A stretch of 64,000 nt of DNA from Hyaloraphidium curvatum SAG 235-1. Taxonomy: Eukaryota > Fungi > Monoblepharomycota. Below, piece after piece: positions 12,251-24,714 of the stretch. The notes below the pieces were generated by a model. That model saw only the letters and a program-made list of their open reading frames with translations, did no database searches and was not told where the DNA came from. The DNA lies in contig JAIVFI010000014.1 of assembly GCA_025558095.1 (NCBI GenBank), forward strand, positions 310,001-374,000, in the 5' to 3' direction. Positions within the stretch are counted from its first letter, which is position 1. Each line of letters begins with the position of its first letter. The translations under genes were made by a program, and so were the position numbers.

Positions 12251-12691
12251 CATCTCTGCTTCGGCGCCCATCTCGCCCGCCCCTCCGCGCCCGCCCGGCC
12301 CCCCGCCGGCCCGCGGCCCCGCGCCGACCCGCACGCCCCGCGCGGCCACCGCGGCACCGCGCCGCCCGCCGCCGCCGCCGCTCCCGCGCGCCGCCCGGCC
12401 GCGCGCCCACCCGGCAGAGCCCGCCGCGCCCAGCCGCGCCCCGCCGCGCCCGGATCCGCCGAGGTGAGCGCCCCCGCCCGCAGCCGAATTCCCCGGCCAC
12501 CCGCCCGCGCGGGGGGCACTCCGCCGCCTCGCCGCCGCGCTGGCCGGCCATTCGCGCAGCCGCCTCGCCGGGCCGCCGCGAGGGGAATTGCATGCCGCGG
12601 GATGGGCCGAGCGCTGACGCCCCCCTCCCCCCGCCAGGTCCGCCGCCCTCCGCCAGCAGCCGCACCCCCCCAAGCCCCGATCCGCCACGAG

Positions 12692-14187
12692 ATGGTCGCC
12701 TCGGCCGTCGGCGCTGCCCACTGGGGCATGCACGCAGCCCACGGGATCGCAACGCCCGACGAGACGCCCGACCGGCCCTCGCCCGCGCCGTCGAGCTGCT
12801 CCACGGCCGCGCCGCGCGAGATGCCGGGCAACTTCGGAGACGAAATCATCTTCGACACCGACCTCGAGGAGTACGGCGCCTCGACGCTGGAGCACATGAA
12901 GGATAACGAGGTGCGTGGGCGCCTCCCGCCGCCGTCCCCCCCTCCCGCTCACCGACGCCTCGCGCCGCCCATTCCGCCCCCCGTGTCTCCCCCTCGACTC
13001 CGGACCGCCCTCTGCCTCCGCCTCCCGCTCCCCGCCGGCCCCGATCCCCTCCCAGACCAAATCGATCCCCATGCACAACTACATGGACTACCAGCAGGAG
13101 ATCTCGTGGAAGATGCGGCGGACCCTGGTCGAGTGGCTCATCGAGGTCCACGCCGAGTACGACCTGCGGCCAGAGACCCTGTACCTGGGCATCAACATCA
13201 TGGACCGCTACCTCTCGCGCCGCGTGGTGCCGCGGATGGAGTTCCAGCTGCTCGGCGTGACCGCGCTGTGGATCGCGGCAAAGTACGAGGAGGTGCACGG
13301 CAGGGTGCCGACGCTGCAGAAGCTCGCCTACGTGTGCTGCAACGCGTACCGGGAGCAGGACTTTGTGCAGATGGAGCTGCGCCTCCTCAACGAGCTCGAG
13401 TTCAACCTCGGGCACCCGACCCCGGAGGCCTTCCTGAAGCACCACTGCGCCATGCTCAAGGCACAGGCGGAGCGCGTCGGCGCGGACCCCACGGAGCACA
13501 TCGCGCTCGCCCGCTACCTGATGGAGATCACCCTGGTGCACCGCCGCTTCCTCGCCGCCCGCCCCTCGGTCATTGCCCTCGCGAGCTTCCTGCTCGCCGA
13601 CAAGCTCATGGGCAAGAGCGTCTGGGTGAGCGTCCGCGCTCCTGCATGCCCGCGAACCCGTCGCTGACCCCTTCCCGCAGAAATGCAACGACGAGCTGCT
13701 CCTGCACACCGTCCAGCAGATTGGGGAGTGCATCGCGACCGCGCCCAAGGCCATCTACCAGAAGTACGCGAACCGCAAGTACGAGCACGTCAGCGTCATT
13801 GCGCGCTCCTGCATCGAGGGGTGGGTCTCGGGCTGCCTGCCGCATCGCTGCCTCGGTGCTGACTTCCTCTGCCCCTCCAGCACGCACGCCCCTTCGCGCC
13901 CGCAGCACGTGCCCCCGCCCATCAACACCACCTTCACCCAGCCCAGCAACCCCTACCCCTCGCCTCCGTCGCGCTTCAGCGCCGACTGCCGCTCCAGCTC
14001 CCAGGAGACCCTCGTCGACTGGCCGAGCTCGCCGAGCCGCGGCCACCCAGGGAAGCACCAGCCGCAGGCGGCCCTCGTCGTGCAGCCGATCGCCTTTGCC
14101 GTGCCCGTGCAGACCACCGTGCTCTACTCGTGCGGCGTCGGCTACATGCACCAGCCGCAGCTCGCCGAGCCGCAGTGGAGCCGGTGA
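12692..14187 (+). CDS. Cyclin, fungal G1 CLN/Puc1-like, 3 exons
   Basis: Cyclin box YMDYQQEISWKMRRTLVEWLIEVH...ETLYLGINIMDRYLS...FQLLGVTALWIAAKYEE...ELEFNLGHPTPEAFL, followed by a P/S-rich tail. Confidence 0.9.
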
Positions 14188-14644
14188 GGCGGCCTGGCGG
14201 CGCCCCTGCCTCGTCTGCGCCCCGGGTCCGGCCCGCGGGGCCACTTTGGATCCGGACCGCGCGCGATCGGGCCCTTTGGGCACGTCGCCTCCTTCCTCTC
14301 TGCCTTCCTACCTTCCCTTTGCCCCACCTCGACCCGACCCGACTGGACTGGAACCTGCAGCTTATTGGACATGCACGTGCCTCACGGCCTAGAGCGCGGC
14401 CCCCGCCGCCGCAGGAATGGGCGGGCAGCGGTCCCTGAACACTACTCTGCACGCCGGAAACCGGCACATGACAAACGATACCACACGACGACGTTGGACC
14501 CGAAGCTGCCGAGCACCCCCATCCTGCGATCTGTATACCTCTACTTCGCGGTAATGCTAATGCCACCACGAGAAAATGTACATGTGTGACATGCTGATTA
14601 AAAGCATCTGTTCGTTCGCACTCCGTGGCCCGCGTCCGAAGTCC

Positions 14645-15407
14645 TCAGTGCCTTCTCCGGGTGGGGAGGGGCTTGTCCGCGAAGGGCGCCTCGGCGGCCT
14701 CGATCGCCTCCCTCACGTAGTCCGGCGTGTGGCACTTCTTGCCGATTCTGTCCAAGAGAAGCGGGTCAGCTTGCCTGGCTGCGAGGAAACCGGCGGGAGG
14801 CGGCAGGTACCGGTAGTCGTAGCTGACGATGCCGCAGTGCCCGTCCGCAGCCAGGTGCCCCTCGTCCGTGATGACGGCAAAATCCATGTTGAACCGGTCC
14901 GGTTTCATGCTCTCCAGGGGTATCCGCGTGCCGACGTGCAGGGTCTCGGGGTACTCGACGGGGCGGCGGAAGTTGATGCCGAGGTCTGCGGCGGGCGGCG
15001 TCACCCCGGTACGCCGGCCGGACAAAAGAGAGGATGCACCCACTCGCCGCGATGATCGAGATGCCCGTGGCACCGATGAACTCGGCCCAGATGCGGGGCT
15101 CGATCGCCTCGAGCCGCGGTCGGAGCAGCTGGTGCAGGTAGGCGATCCGCGAGTGCTCCGCGTACGCCCCGTACTTCAAATTGTTGACGTGCCTGAACGA
15201 GTCCTGGTCACCCCAGCGGACTGGGAAAGATATCACCGACGGAAACGCAGAAAGAGCTTCCCGAACGGGAGGGGGCATGGCGGAGCGGATTTCCGAGGCG
15301 GGCCGCTCCCGCTTCTCCTTGGGAGGCGGTAGAGCGGTCGAATGCGAGGAGTGGCGGAGTTGCAGGGGTAACGGGGCACGGGGAAGCCGGACGAGGCGGC
15401 AGGCCAT
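14645..15407 (-). CDS. Hotdog-fold acyl-CoA thioesterase (4HBT/YbgC-like), probably mitochondrial, 2 exons
   Basis: Motifs VRWGDQDSFRHVNNLKYGAYAEHSRI and INFRRPVEYPETLHVG; R/L/S-rich N-terminus. Confidence 0.85.
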
Positions 15408-15605
15408 GGCGGTTGTCCGTGGTCGGCGGTCCGGGGCTTTCCCTCGTCCGACGGGGCAGCAAAAAAGAGACCTGCACAGTATTCGGCAAGTCCGACGGAT
15501 TCTGGCCGGCAAACAGGCCCTGATGTGGCGATGTGCCTCGGGCCGGAGCTCAGAGCGGAATGTTGGCCGGCGTGTTTACGCGTCGAACCTTCCGATCAAG
15601 CCGAG

Positions 15606-17064
15606 ATGTCGACCAACGCGAGCCAGCTCGTCGGCCTGGTCAGGAAGTTCATTCCTCCTCTGACGAACCAGCTGCACAAGGGGCAGGCGGGTCGGTGGCC
15701 GCGCCGCGGTCCCCGGACGCGTGTAACACGTCACCGCGATCAGGGCGCGTCGCGGTCGTGGGAGGCAGCGAGGAGTGGGCTGGCCGCGCCGTACGGGACC
15801 TTTCAGGATCGATTGACGCCACATGTTATCGATCCCGATCAGCTACACCGGGGCGCCGTTCTTCGCTGCTATCTCGACGCTGAAGCTCGTGCGTTCGACG
15901 CCGAGTTGGCCAAGCGGCACTTGTTGACCCATGCTCCAGGGATCCGATCTGTGCCACGTGTTTTGCGAGCAGAATGCCGGTCTCGTGATCAAGAGCTACT
16001 CGGCGGAGCTCATAGTTCACCCGTACCTGCAGCGCGCGGCGGAGTGGGCGGTGATCTGGGTGCTGCTCCGGAGACCAAGCTAAACGCAGTGCGCACTCGG
16101 CAGGAACCCGAAACTTGCGGAGCCGGGAAAACCAGAGTACAATGCCGCCCTGGACGCGATCGTGGACAGGGTAGTGTCGGTGTTCCACCGATTACATGTC
16201 CTCGTTGTTGGACCGGGGCTTTCGCGGGACCAGGCATTGCTGGACTCGACGAAGCGGATCATTGCCAAAGCCCGGCAAACTGGGATGCCCATCGTCGTGG
16301 ATGCCGTGCGTCGAAAGTGCTTGCGGGAACAGTCGGCAACCACTAACCGGCAAGGCTGCAGGATGGCCTCTTCCTCGTTCAGAACGAGCCGGACGTCATA
16401 AAGGGCTATTCATCTGCTATTCTGACGCCCAATGCCAACGAGTTCAAACGATTGTGTGAGAGCATGGTGACGGCTCGGCTTTGCTGCACCTCTGGGGGAC
16501 CACCAACACTTTTGCCGTGTCAGAACATCTCGTTCGATCCGGAGCACAAGGACAGCATGGCGATGAGGCTCAGTCAGGCGCTCGGACACGTCACCATCGT
16601 CCAAAAGGGCGACGTGGACGTCATTTCCAACGGGAGCAAAGGTAAGTGAGATGGCGTCGGCCTCGAATCGGCTTCCCCAACACTGCCTCTGCTAGTGTGG
16701 GTATGCGACTCCAAGGGCAGTCCGCGGCGCTGCGGAGGGCAAGGCGACATCCTCTCAGGGTCCATCGCCGCTTTCGTCGCTTGGGCAAAGGGGTACGAAG
16801 GGAAGACTTTCGGGTTCGTTGCCCGTTTCAGCCACTGTGATTGACGACTAACTGAAGACCAGGAACACGGAGGTGGCGCTCGATCCGGGCGAGATGCTCG
16901 GCCTATCTGCGTGGGCGGGCTGCCTGGTGACGCGGGAATGCTCCAGGGTTGCTTTTGCAAAGCACGGGCGGAGCATGACCACTACGGACATGATTGCCGA
17001 GATCGGCGGCGTTTTTCGGAGGCTCTTCGAGCCAGATCAGCTAGAGCGAGCGGGTGTATTGTGA
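15606..17064 (+). CDS. ATP-dependent (S)-NAD(P)H-hydrate dehydratase (NAXD/CARKD, YjeF-C), multi-exon
   Basis: Motifs [52 protein letters not shown] and [12 protein letters not shown]. Confidence 0.95.
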
Positions 17065-17105
17065 GAGTGATCGATGACAAATGCGACGGCGGCGCCGCCT
17101 CAAAA

Positions 17106-20085
17106 ATGGACGCGCCCTTGGACTTGCGCGAAGATGAGCCCAAAGCTTATCTGCAAGAGCTACGCTTCAGCTTTGGGGCACTTCGTTCAGAGCGCGTCCA
17201 GGGCGCGGACCCGCTCGCCACGCTGCCGCGTTACTTGACTCCGTTCCCCGACACACTGGACGCGCCCGTGGACCGACCGCACGCGCTCGAACCATTTCAC
17301 CCGGCGCCGTTTGCGGAATATGCGCCGGTCGAGGCATCTCATGCTGATCTCGGCCTCATTCCGCCGCCGACAGCCTGTGGGTCCCCGATCGTGAAACGCG
17401 AACGGTCTGCTGAACGTGCTTCTAGGGAACACATTGGAAGAGCCACTGCTGCTCGCGAAGCCGGTGGAGAAGAGATGGAACGTGTCCACACCTCTGGAGC
17501 CGATGCCACCAAGGAGCCCGCCGTCTTTGTTCAGGCGTGTCGACGAGTGGGACGCGTCGCTGCGATCGACAGGTCGGAGCTCACCTCGTCGACCACCAGG
17601 GAGTTGGCGATGCCCAAGGTTTCCAAGGCTGTGTTTGCAACGCTCATGTCGGTCCTGGACGGATTTCAGCCCAGCTCGGACTCCGATCATGACTGCCATC
17701 TCGAGCTGCTGTTGAGGGACACCCTTCAGGCCCCACCGGTAGTTTGCCGACGCGTTGCATGGATCCGCTTCTTCGCGGTCTTCTCATGTCATATCTCCGT
17801 GGTCAGACGAACAGCGCGGTCGAGTTCGATCTCCCCTTGCTGCCGACGCCGGCCGATCGTTCCATCAAGAGCTTCGTTATCTCCAAAAGCAAGCGCTCGA
17901 CGTCACCGGCCCGATACGAGTCACCTTCGAGTATCCTTTACCGATACCTTCCCGACGCCGTGTTTGCCATCACGAAAGATTCCCTGCCCCAGCAAGCCCA
18001 AGCGAGCGTTCTGGAGCCCTTTCGCTCGGACGTCTCGGCCGAATTCGACGTTCAATCGCTGGAAGCGAGCTTGCTGTCTGCTTTGGCGGGCACGGAGCAT
18101 GCCGTCAAGTTCCGATCTCTGGATTTGCCAGTCTTTCCCAACGATTCCGACCTCCTGAAGTTGCGGTCTGTAGGGCAATGTGATACTGGCGCAGCTGCTT
18201 ACCCTATCTTGACAGAGGGAAAGATTGGTTAGCCGAGATTCCCCTGGCGCCGTTTGAAGCTACTCCCGCACTGCCCGACGGTCTGCGAGCGTTTCTCGAC
18301 CAAGCTCCTCGAAGCGAGCAAGCTTTAGAGCCCTTCAACGTGAGCTCCTCTTGCCCAGCGTTTCTCGGTGCTGCTCCAAGCCGAATGGTCGAGTCGCAAG
18401 TGCTAATCACCTTCTCATGGTCCTCAGCACCGACGCTTCCAACACCCCCGACGATCGAACCCGTGCCATGGGACGCATGGGTGGAGCACTTTCTGGCAAA
18501 GATGTCCCTCTCGCGCCTGTTCCCCACCAGATCCATCGCGGTCTCTCTCTCGCGACAGCCTTGGGCAAGTTTCATACGACTCACGTCGGTCATCGACGAC
18601 ATGCCGCCGCATCAGCTACCTCAGATGCCATCGCTCTCCGTGGATGAGTTTGTGGGCACTATAGGTATCGTACCGATGATCCGAGTTCTCATTAGTCGCC
18701 GCTCAAAAGGAGTGCCAGTGTCGCAGATGCCTCCTTTCGAGCCAATCGATCACGAGTTGGACGCCGAGGAACCTCCACCTTACCGGGCGCCTGGACCTTC
18801 GCCGAAGCGCCAACGGACGGAAGCCTACCTGCCCGAAGGCCCGGCAATCGCCGATCGAAGCGTCGAGCGAACCGCAAAAGCTTCAAGCCGGATCACCTTG
18901 CCGAACATCGAGCCGCCAAAACAGCCCGAGGACCAAGCAACGTCTTTCCTGAGCTCAATCTCGGACTTCATCCGGCTCCGTGGAAAGACTGCGCCAGGGC
19001 TCGTTCAGCCGGCAGCCGCGCAGGCTAACTCGAAAGTTCGACATGCGCCCGCGAATCCACAGGCACCAGCGGAGCCAGCAGAGATCCACACCGAAGATCG
19101 TGCAGAGCCTTTGGAGTCACACAGTAAGTTGCTGCCAACTGAAATCAGCGCCAGTGATCGCACGCCCCGCGCGCAATCAGATGTGCAACAACCGCCGACG
19201 CCCCTTCAGCTCCCTTCCCGTGCCGTTGCGGACACGTCTGCTGTGCAGCACGACACGCCACAGCCATGGACATGCCTCGCGAGTCCGCAGGTCGTGGACA
19301 ATCAAGCCCTGCTACGCTGCCTCGAGAATGATCACAACATCGTCGTCGTCGCCGCCGATTGGACGGGTCAACCCGACCTCGTGCTCTCCGACTCTGTTGC
19401 AGTCTATGTCATAGACGGCTACGATCTCACTCAGCGGAGCGAGAGGGACAGCAGTGCCCTCCTCGACGCCGTTTGTGGAGAAGAGCACAGGCCTTTCGGT
19501 GGCCCCGTTCTCAATCGCATCGCTTCCGCCGCCCACAAGTACGCCAATCTCGCTGTTCTCGTCGACTTCAGTGGAGAGCGAGGTGGATTGAGTTCTCGGT
19601 GAGCTGCAGAGATCGTCTGTTCCCAGGAGATCTGACCCCGATCTACAGTGAGGAAGCGACGCCGCGCGACAGTTTCGTCCCGCCGACCCAGCTTGGCCTG
19701 GCTTCTCTTGCTGCTTTGGGCAGTGCGCTGTGCAGTGTCGGCACACTTTTCACGGCCATGCTCTGTTCGAGTCCAGGAGAAGCGGCGACGGCGATCAGGT
19801 GGGATCCGTTTGCTTCGCTATCGCTAAAGCTAACCCCGGATCAGGACGATCATCGACACCGTGTGCATTGGACAGAGAATGCCGTCGGCGTCAGGCAACA
19901 CGTCCGCAGCGGAGAAGTGGCTGGATCAGCTAGGGCTCTTCAACCCGTTGGAAGTGAAGGAGCTTCTGGTCGGCAACAGCTTGGGCCAGCTGTGCGCCGG
20001 TGCGCTACCCCAGAGCGCAGAGGAGAATCAGTTTGCGCTGAAGATCGAAGCGCTGATATCTCTGTTGAATGCCAAACTTGTGTGA
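17106..20085 (+). CDS. SHOC1/Zip2-like meiotic crossover (ZMM) protein with C-terminal XPF-like and HhH-like region, multi-exon
   Basis: C-terminal segments CLASPQVVDNQALLRCLENDHNIVVV...PDLVLSDSVAVYV, RIASAAHKYANLAVLV and AEKWLDQLGLFNPLEVKELL resemble recalled SHOC1 motifs. The N-terminal exon structure is uncertain. Confidence 0.6.
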
Positions 20086-20377
20086 AGCCGGCAAAAGATG
20101 CGGCGCCATGTGACTCCCCCGAGGCGGCGGTGCGTGGCCGGTGCGCTCACTCAAGCACGAGACGTGGCCCTCGTCTTGATCAACACGGCTGTGAGCAGCA
20201 CCCCGCTGGGCGCCCCGTGGGAGCATTCCTTAATAGTAACGCGCTTCTTACCCGCCTGGGCTCCCTCCGCGCCGGCGCGCGTCTGTTATTGCCGACATGC
20301 CCGCCCTCCCGCGCCCTGGCCAGCAGTGCGCGCACATCTGACCGGCCCCGGCAACCACCTGCGCTCCGCCGGGAAAC

Positions 20378-21533
20378 ATGAATCCCGAGTAGTGAGTGTC
20401 GGCGCCGCGGCGGCATGCCTCGAGCCCTGGGAGCTGGACACGCGGGCGGACCTGGCGCAAGGGACGGGTCGCGGTGCTATCGGATTCCTCGTCACCGGAC
20501 GCGGGGCCCCCGCTCATGGGAGTGCGAGCTTGAATGGCCGCGGGAAGCGCTTGCTCGGGATCTGTTTGGGGCGGCAGGCACCGGGCGGGTCTGCGGCTTG
20601 GGTGGACGAGGCCTCGGTTCCCGGTCCTAACTGTCGGGCCTCCCGCCGCTTGCCAACAGCGACTACCTGTTTAAGCTTTTGCTGATTGGGGATTCCGGCG
20701 TCGGGAAGTCGTGCCTCTTGCTGAGGTTTGCCGTGGGTCTCGGCACCTTCCCGGCCCCTGTGCTCTTCCTCAGCATTCGTCTTGATTGCAGGATGACACC
20801 TACACGGAGAGCTACATCAGCACCATTGGCGTCGACTTTGTGAGTGCCCTTCACGGGCGCACAGGCCCTGGAGCTCACCGGTTCACCTCCGCAGAAAATC
20901 CGGACGATTGAGCTCGAGGGGAAGACGGTGAAGCTCCAGATCGTAAGCACACGCGCTCGTTGGAAATCGGTCATGGCTCGACGATGGGGCGCCGCAGTGG
21001 GACACGGCCGGCCAGGAGCGATTCCGGACCATCACGTCCTCCTACTACCGGGGCGCGCACGGGATCATCGTGGTCTACGATGTCACCGACATGGACACGT
21101 TCAACAACGTGAAGCAGTGGCTCCAGGAGATTGACCGATATGCCAACGAGGGCGTCAACAAGCTCCTCGTCGGCAACAAGAGCGATCTGACGAACAAGAA
21201 GGTCGTGGACTACAACGTGGCCAAGGTCTTTTGCCTCGATAGCACCGACCTGGAATATCGCTGAATGAGGTGGCTTCGCAGGAGTTTGCGGATTCTCTTG
21301 GGATTCCCTTCCTTGAAACCAGTGCCAAGAACGCGACCAACGTTGAACAGGCCTTCCTCACGATGGCCAAGCAGATCAAGGACCGGTTGGTTCCGCAGGC
21401 GTTCTTTCCTCTCCCCCGCCTTAACTGTCCGAACAGGATGGGCAGCGCACCCGCACCGGGTCTCGCTGGCAAGACCGTCAAGGTCGGCGCGGGCCAGAAC
21501 GTGTCGCAACAACCATCGGGGGGTTGCTGCTAA
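20378..21533 (+). CDS. YPT1: Rab1/Ypt1 small GTPase, 7 exons
   Basis: MNPEY|[63 protein letters not shown] and C-terminal GGCC. Confidence 0.97.
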
Positions 21534-21761
21534 GATGGCATCAGGGCGGCCGGCAGGAGGGGCATCTTGCGGCTCTGGTGACGTGTTGCTGCGTGAAGCG
21601 GCCTAGAATGCTCTTTTCTCTGGTATTTCAATCAACGATTCCAAGAAGTGTAGCATTGCGCCTCCGCTGCTGGACTTCGCGTCTCCGCCGGCAGCGTTCT
21701 TGCTCTGGCTGCCCGAGTCCACAAGTCAACAGTGCCTTGCAGGACAAAACTGCTCGCAACG

Positions 21762-22977
21762 ATGGCGGACGCGACTCCGGCCCGGAAAAAGTTCGTCATT
21801 GGCAGTCGCAAGTCGCAGCTGGCTCTGGTCCAGACGCACGAGGTCAAGGGCCGTCTGGAGCGGCTGTACCCGGACTTCGAGTTCGCCGTGGAGACCATGA
21901 CGACCACCGGGGACAATGTCCTCGACCGTGCGCTGTCCATGATTGGGACAAAGTCCCTCTTTACCAAGGAGCTCGAGGTCGCCCTGGTGGAGCGCACCGT
22001 GGACCTCGTGGTGCATTCCCTGAAGGACATCCCCACGACACTGCCCCCGGGCATGTGCCTGGGCGCCATTCTGGAGCGCGAGGACCCGCGCGACGCCGTC
22101 GTGATGAGCAGAAGAAATGCTGGGAAGCGGCTAGGCGATCTGCCGGAGGGCAGCGTGGTTGGGACCAGCTCCGTGCGGCGGTCCGCGCAGCTCAAGGCCA
22201 AGTTCCCCCATCTGACCTTCAAAGACGTGGTGGGTCTCGCCCGATGTTGCCGCTGGCACCCTTGTGCTCATAGTCTCTCCTGCTTTCGCTCGCGAAATAA
22301 TCGGGCGCTGAATCTGCTCCGGGGTCATGCAGCGAGGGAACCTGAACACGAGGCTGCAGAAGCTCGATGCGGAGGACGGACCCTACGACGCTTTGCTGCT
22401 GGCCTGGGCGGGATTGCACCGTTTGGGTTGGGACGAGCGCATCTCCGAAGTGCTTGGACCGGAAACGATGCTCCACGCGGTGGGGCAGGGCGCGCTGGCG
22501 GTCGAGTGCCGCCTCGACGATGAGCAAGTTCGGGAATTGCTGCAGCCCCTGGATCACCGTGCCACGCGGCTAAAGTGCACGGCGGAGCGGAGCTTCATGA
22601 GGGAGCTCGAGGGCGGGTGCTCGGTGCCCCTTGGGGTTTGGACTGTGATCGCTACTGCGGACGGCGGAGACGCCGGATCGGCCAACGGTGCGGTCCAGCC
22701 CGGCGATCGGTTGAGTTTGCAGGGGACCGTCTGCAGTCTGGACGGCACAAAGCAGGTTTCGGATCAGATCGAGGGCGTGGTGCCGGCCGGAGCACCCGGC
22801 GGAGGCCACGCCTCAGAGGAAGAGGTGCAGGCTGCGTCGGCGATTGGCAAGCAGCTTGCCATGTCTGTCGTGGCCAAGGGCGGCGCGGACATCCTACGCC
22901 AGGCCAGATCGCAGATGCCCGCGGCGCCGTTGCCCGCGCCGGCGCAGGCTCAGCACCAGGCAGAGGCTTCGGCTTGA
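21762..22977 (+). CDS. HEM3: Porphobilinogen deaminase (hydroxymethylbilane synthase), 2 exons
   Basis: IGSRKSQLALVQT, LFTKELE, VHSLKD, VGTSSVRR, RGNLNTRL and LEGGCSVPLG. Confidence 0.97.
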
Positions 22978-23271
22978 GATGGATGTAAAATGAGTTTGCA
23001 GAGAACTGATGCAGACGGTGCGGCGGCTTAGAGTCCCAAAACAAGTGATCGGAGAATCCGGGACGGAGTCGGAGCCGACGAGTCGCCACCAACACACTCA
23101 CCCGCGGTAAACCCCCGGCGCCGTTCCCTTGGCCGTCAGCCATACCGGTATGGCTCTGTCGTCGTCTTTTGTACCTGGTTGCGCCTGATTCCGGTCTCGC
23201 GCAAACCGCTTTCGTCCTCCCGCGGCCCGCGTCGTTCCGCGGCATCCCGGTCTTCCAGAGACGCCTACAAA

Positions 23272-24354
23272 ATGGCCGCACAGGCTGCCATGCACACCAA
23301 GATGAAGGAAGCTCCCGGCTTCATTGCAGCCCTGGATCAGAGCGGCGGGTCTACCCCCGGCGCGCTCAAGCTCGTTCGTTCACCCCCTCTTCAGTTCCGC
23401 GTGGCTCCAGTTCTGACCCACTCATCCAGTATGGCATTGCCGAATCTGAGTTCCACGGCGACGACAGCAAGATGTACGCACTAATGCATGCCATGCGCGT
23501 CCGTGTCATGTCTGCACCGACCTTCACGGGAGACAAAGTCATCGGAGCGATCCTTTTCGAGCGCACCATGGACGGAGATGTCAAGGGCACTCCCGTGCCG
23601 ACCTTCCTCTGGAACCGCGGGGTCGTGCCTTTCCTCAAGGTGGACAAGGGCCTCGAAGCAACCAAGGACGGAGTGCAATTGATGAAACCGATCCCCGGCC
23701 TCACGGAGCTGTGCCAGCGGGCGGCAAAGCTCGGAGTCTACGGCACCAAGATGCGTTCTGTAATCCACCAGGCGGGCGAGGGCATCGCGGCGTGCATCGC
23801 GCAGCAGTTTGAGTTTGCCGACGTCATCTCGCGCGCCGGCCTTGTCCCGATCATTGAGCCGGAGGTCTCGATAAAGGCCGTCGACAAGGCGGCTGCCGAG
23901 AAGCTCGTCCTCGCCGAGATAACCAAGCATCTCGACCGCCTGCCGGAGGACAAGCCCGTGATGCTCAAGCTCACGATCCCGACCGAGGCCAACCTGTACG
24001 AGCCACTCACCAAGCACCCTCGCGTCGTGCGCGTGGTCGCCCTCTCGGGAGGCTACAGTTGCCAAGATGCCTGGTGCGTCGACTGCATTGTGTCAGGTGC
24101 TCCGTGTCAGCTGATGTGGCCGATCCTCTAGCAAGGAGCTCTCGAGAAACGCGAACATGATCGCCAGCTTCTCGCGCGCGCTCCTCGAGACCCTCAAGGT
24201 GCAGATGAGCGACGCGGAGTTCAACGCGGCGATCGGCAAGGCGATCGGTGGGTTTCGCATACGGCGCACGTGTTCGGCGTGCGGAGGGGCTGACCGGGGA
24301 CTGCCAGACATGATCTACGACGCTTCCGTGAACAAGGCGTCAGGGAACTTGTAG
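23272..24354 (+). CDS. Class I fructose-bisphosphate aldolase of the short bacterial type, 4 exons
   Basis: GFIAALDQSGGSTPGAL, PFLKVDKGL, GTKMRSVI, PIIEPEV, Schiff-base segment MLKLTIP, VALSGGY and IASFSRAL. Confidence 0.95.
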
Positions 24355-24633
24355 ATGTTTGGGGCGGGAGGGATAGGAAATCGATCTTGGGATCCAAGGC
24401 GAGGTACCTCAAAGAAAGCGGCTACGGCCCCACCAGAGGTGTGCCGTCCGCTTGCAAGTGAGTTGTTTACAAATACAGACTGTGCTGCGCCGTCGCCAGT
24501 ATGTGCTCCGCGGGTCCCCTTGGTTATTTTGAGGCCCGGCTGTTCGCACTGGACAGTATAAGGACAATCGACGCCACACCATAGACCGAATGAGGGCAGC
24601 AAACCTCGTATATTGCAAGCCACAGCAATCAGA

Positions 24634-24714
24634 TCACGTCTCGGGGATCTCAATCTCTCCGCTTGCCACCTTCTCCGAGATGTCTTGCGGCGACTGGTCC
24701 CCGACGGTGCATCC
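24634..24714 (-). other. Diverged duplicate of the RPL12 terminal exon ([26 protein letters not shown])
   Basis: Aligns gap-free to 25434-25514 at an offset of exactly 800 bp, with the stop codon retained. Confidence 0.9.

Noticed and set aside
24352-24420. Cryptic read-through PTS1 on the aldolase
   Set aside because: The sequence after the TAG gives no short extension ending in an SKL-like tripeptide.
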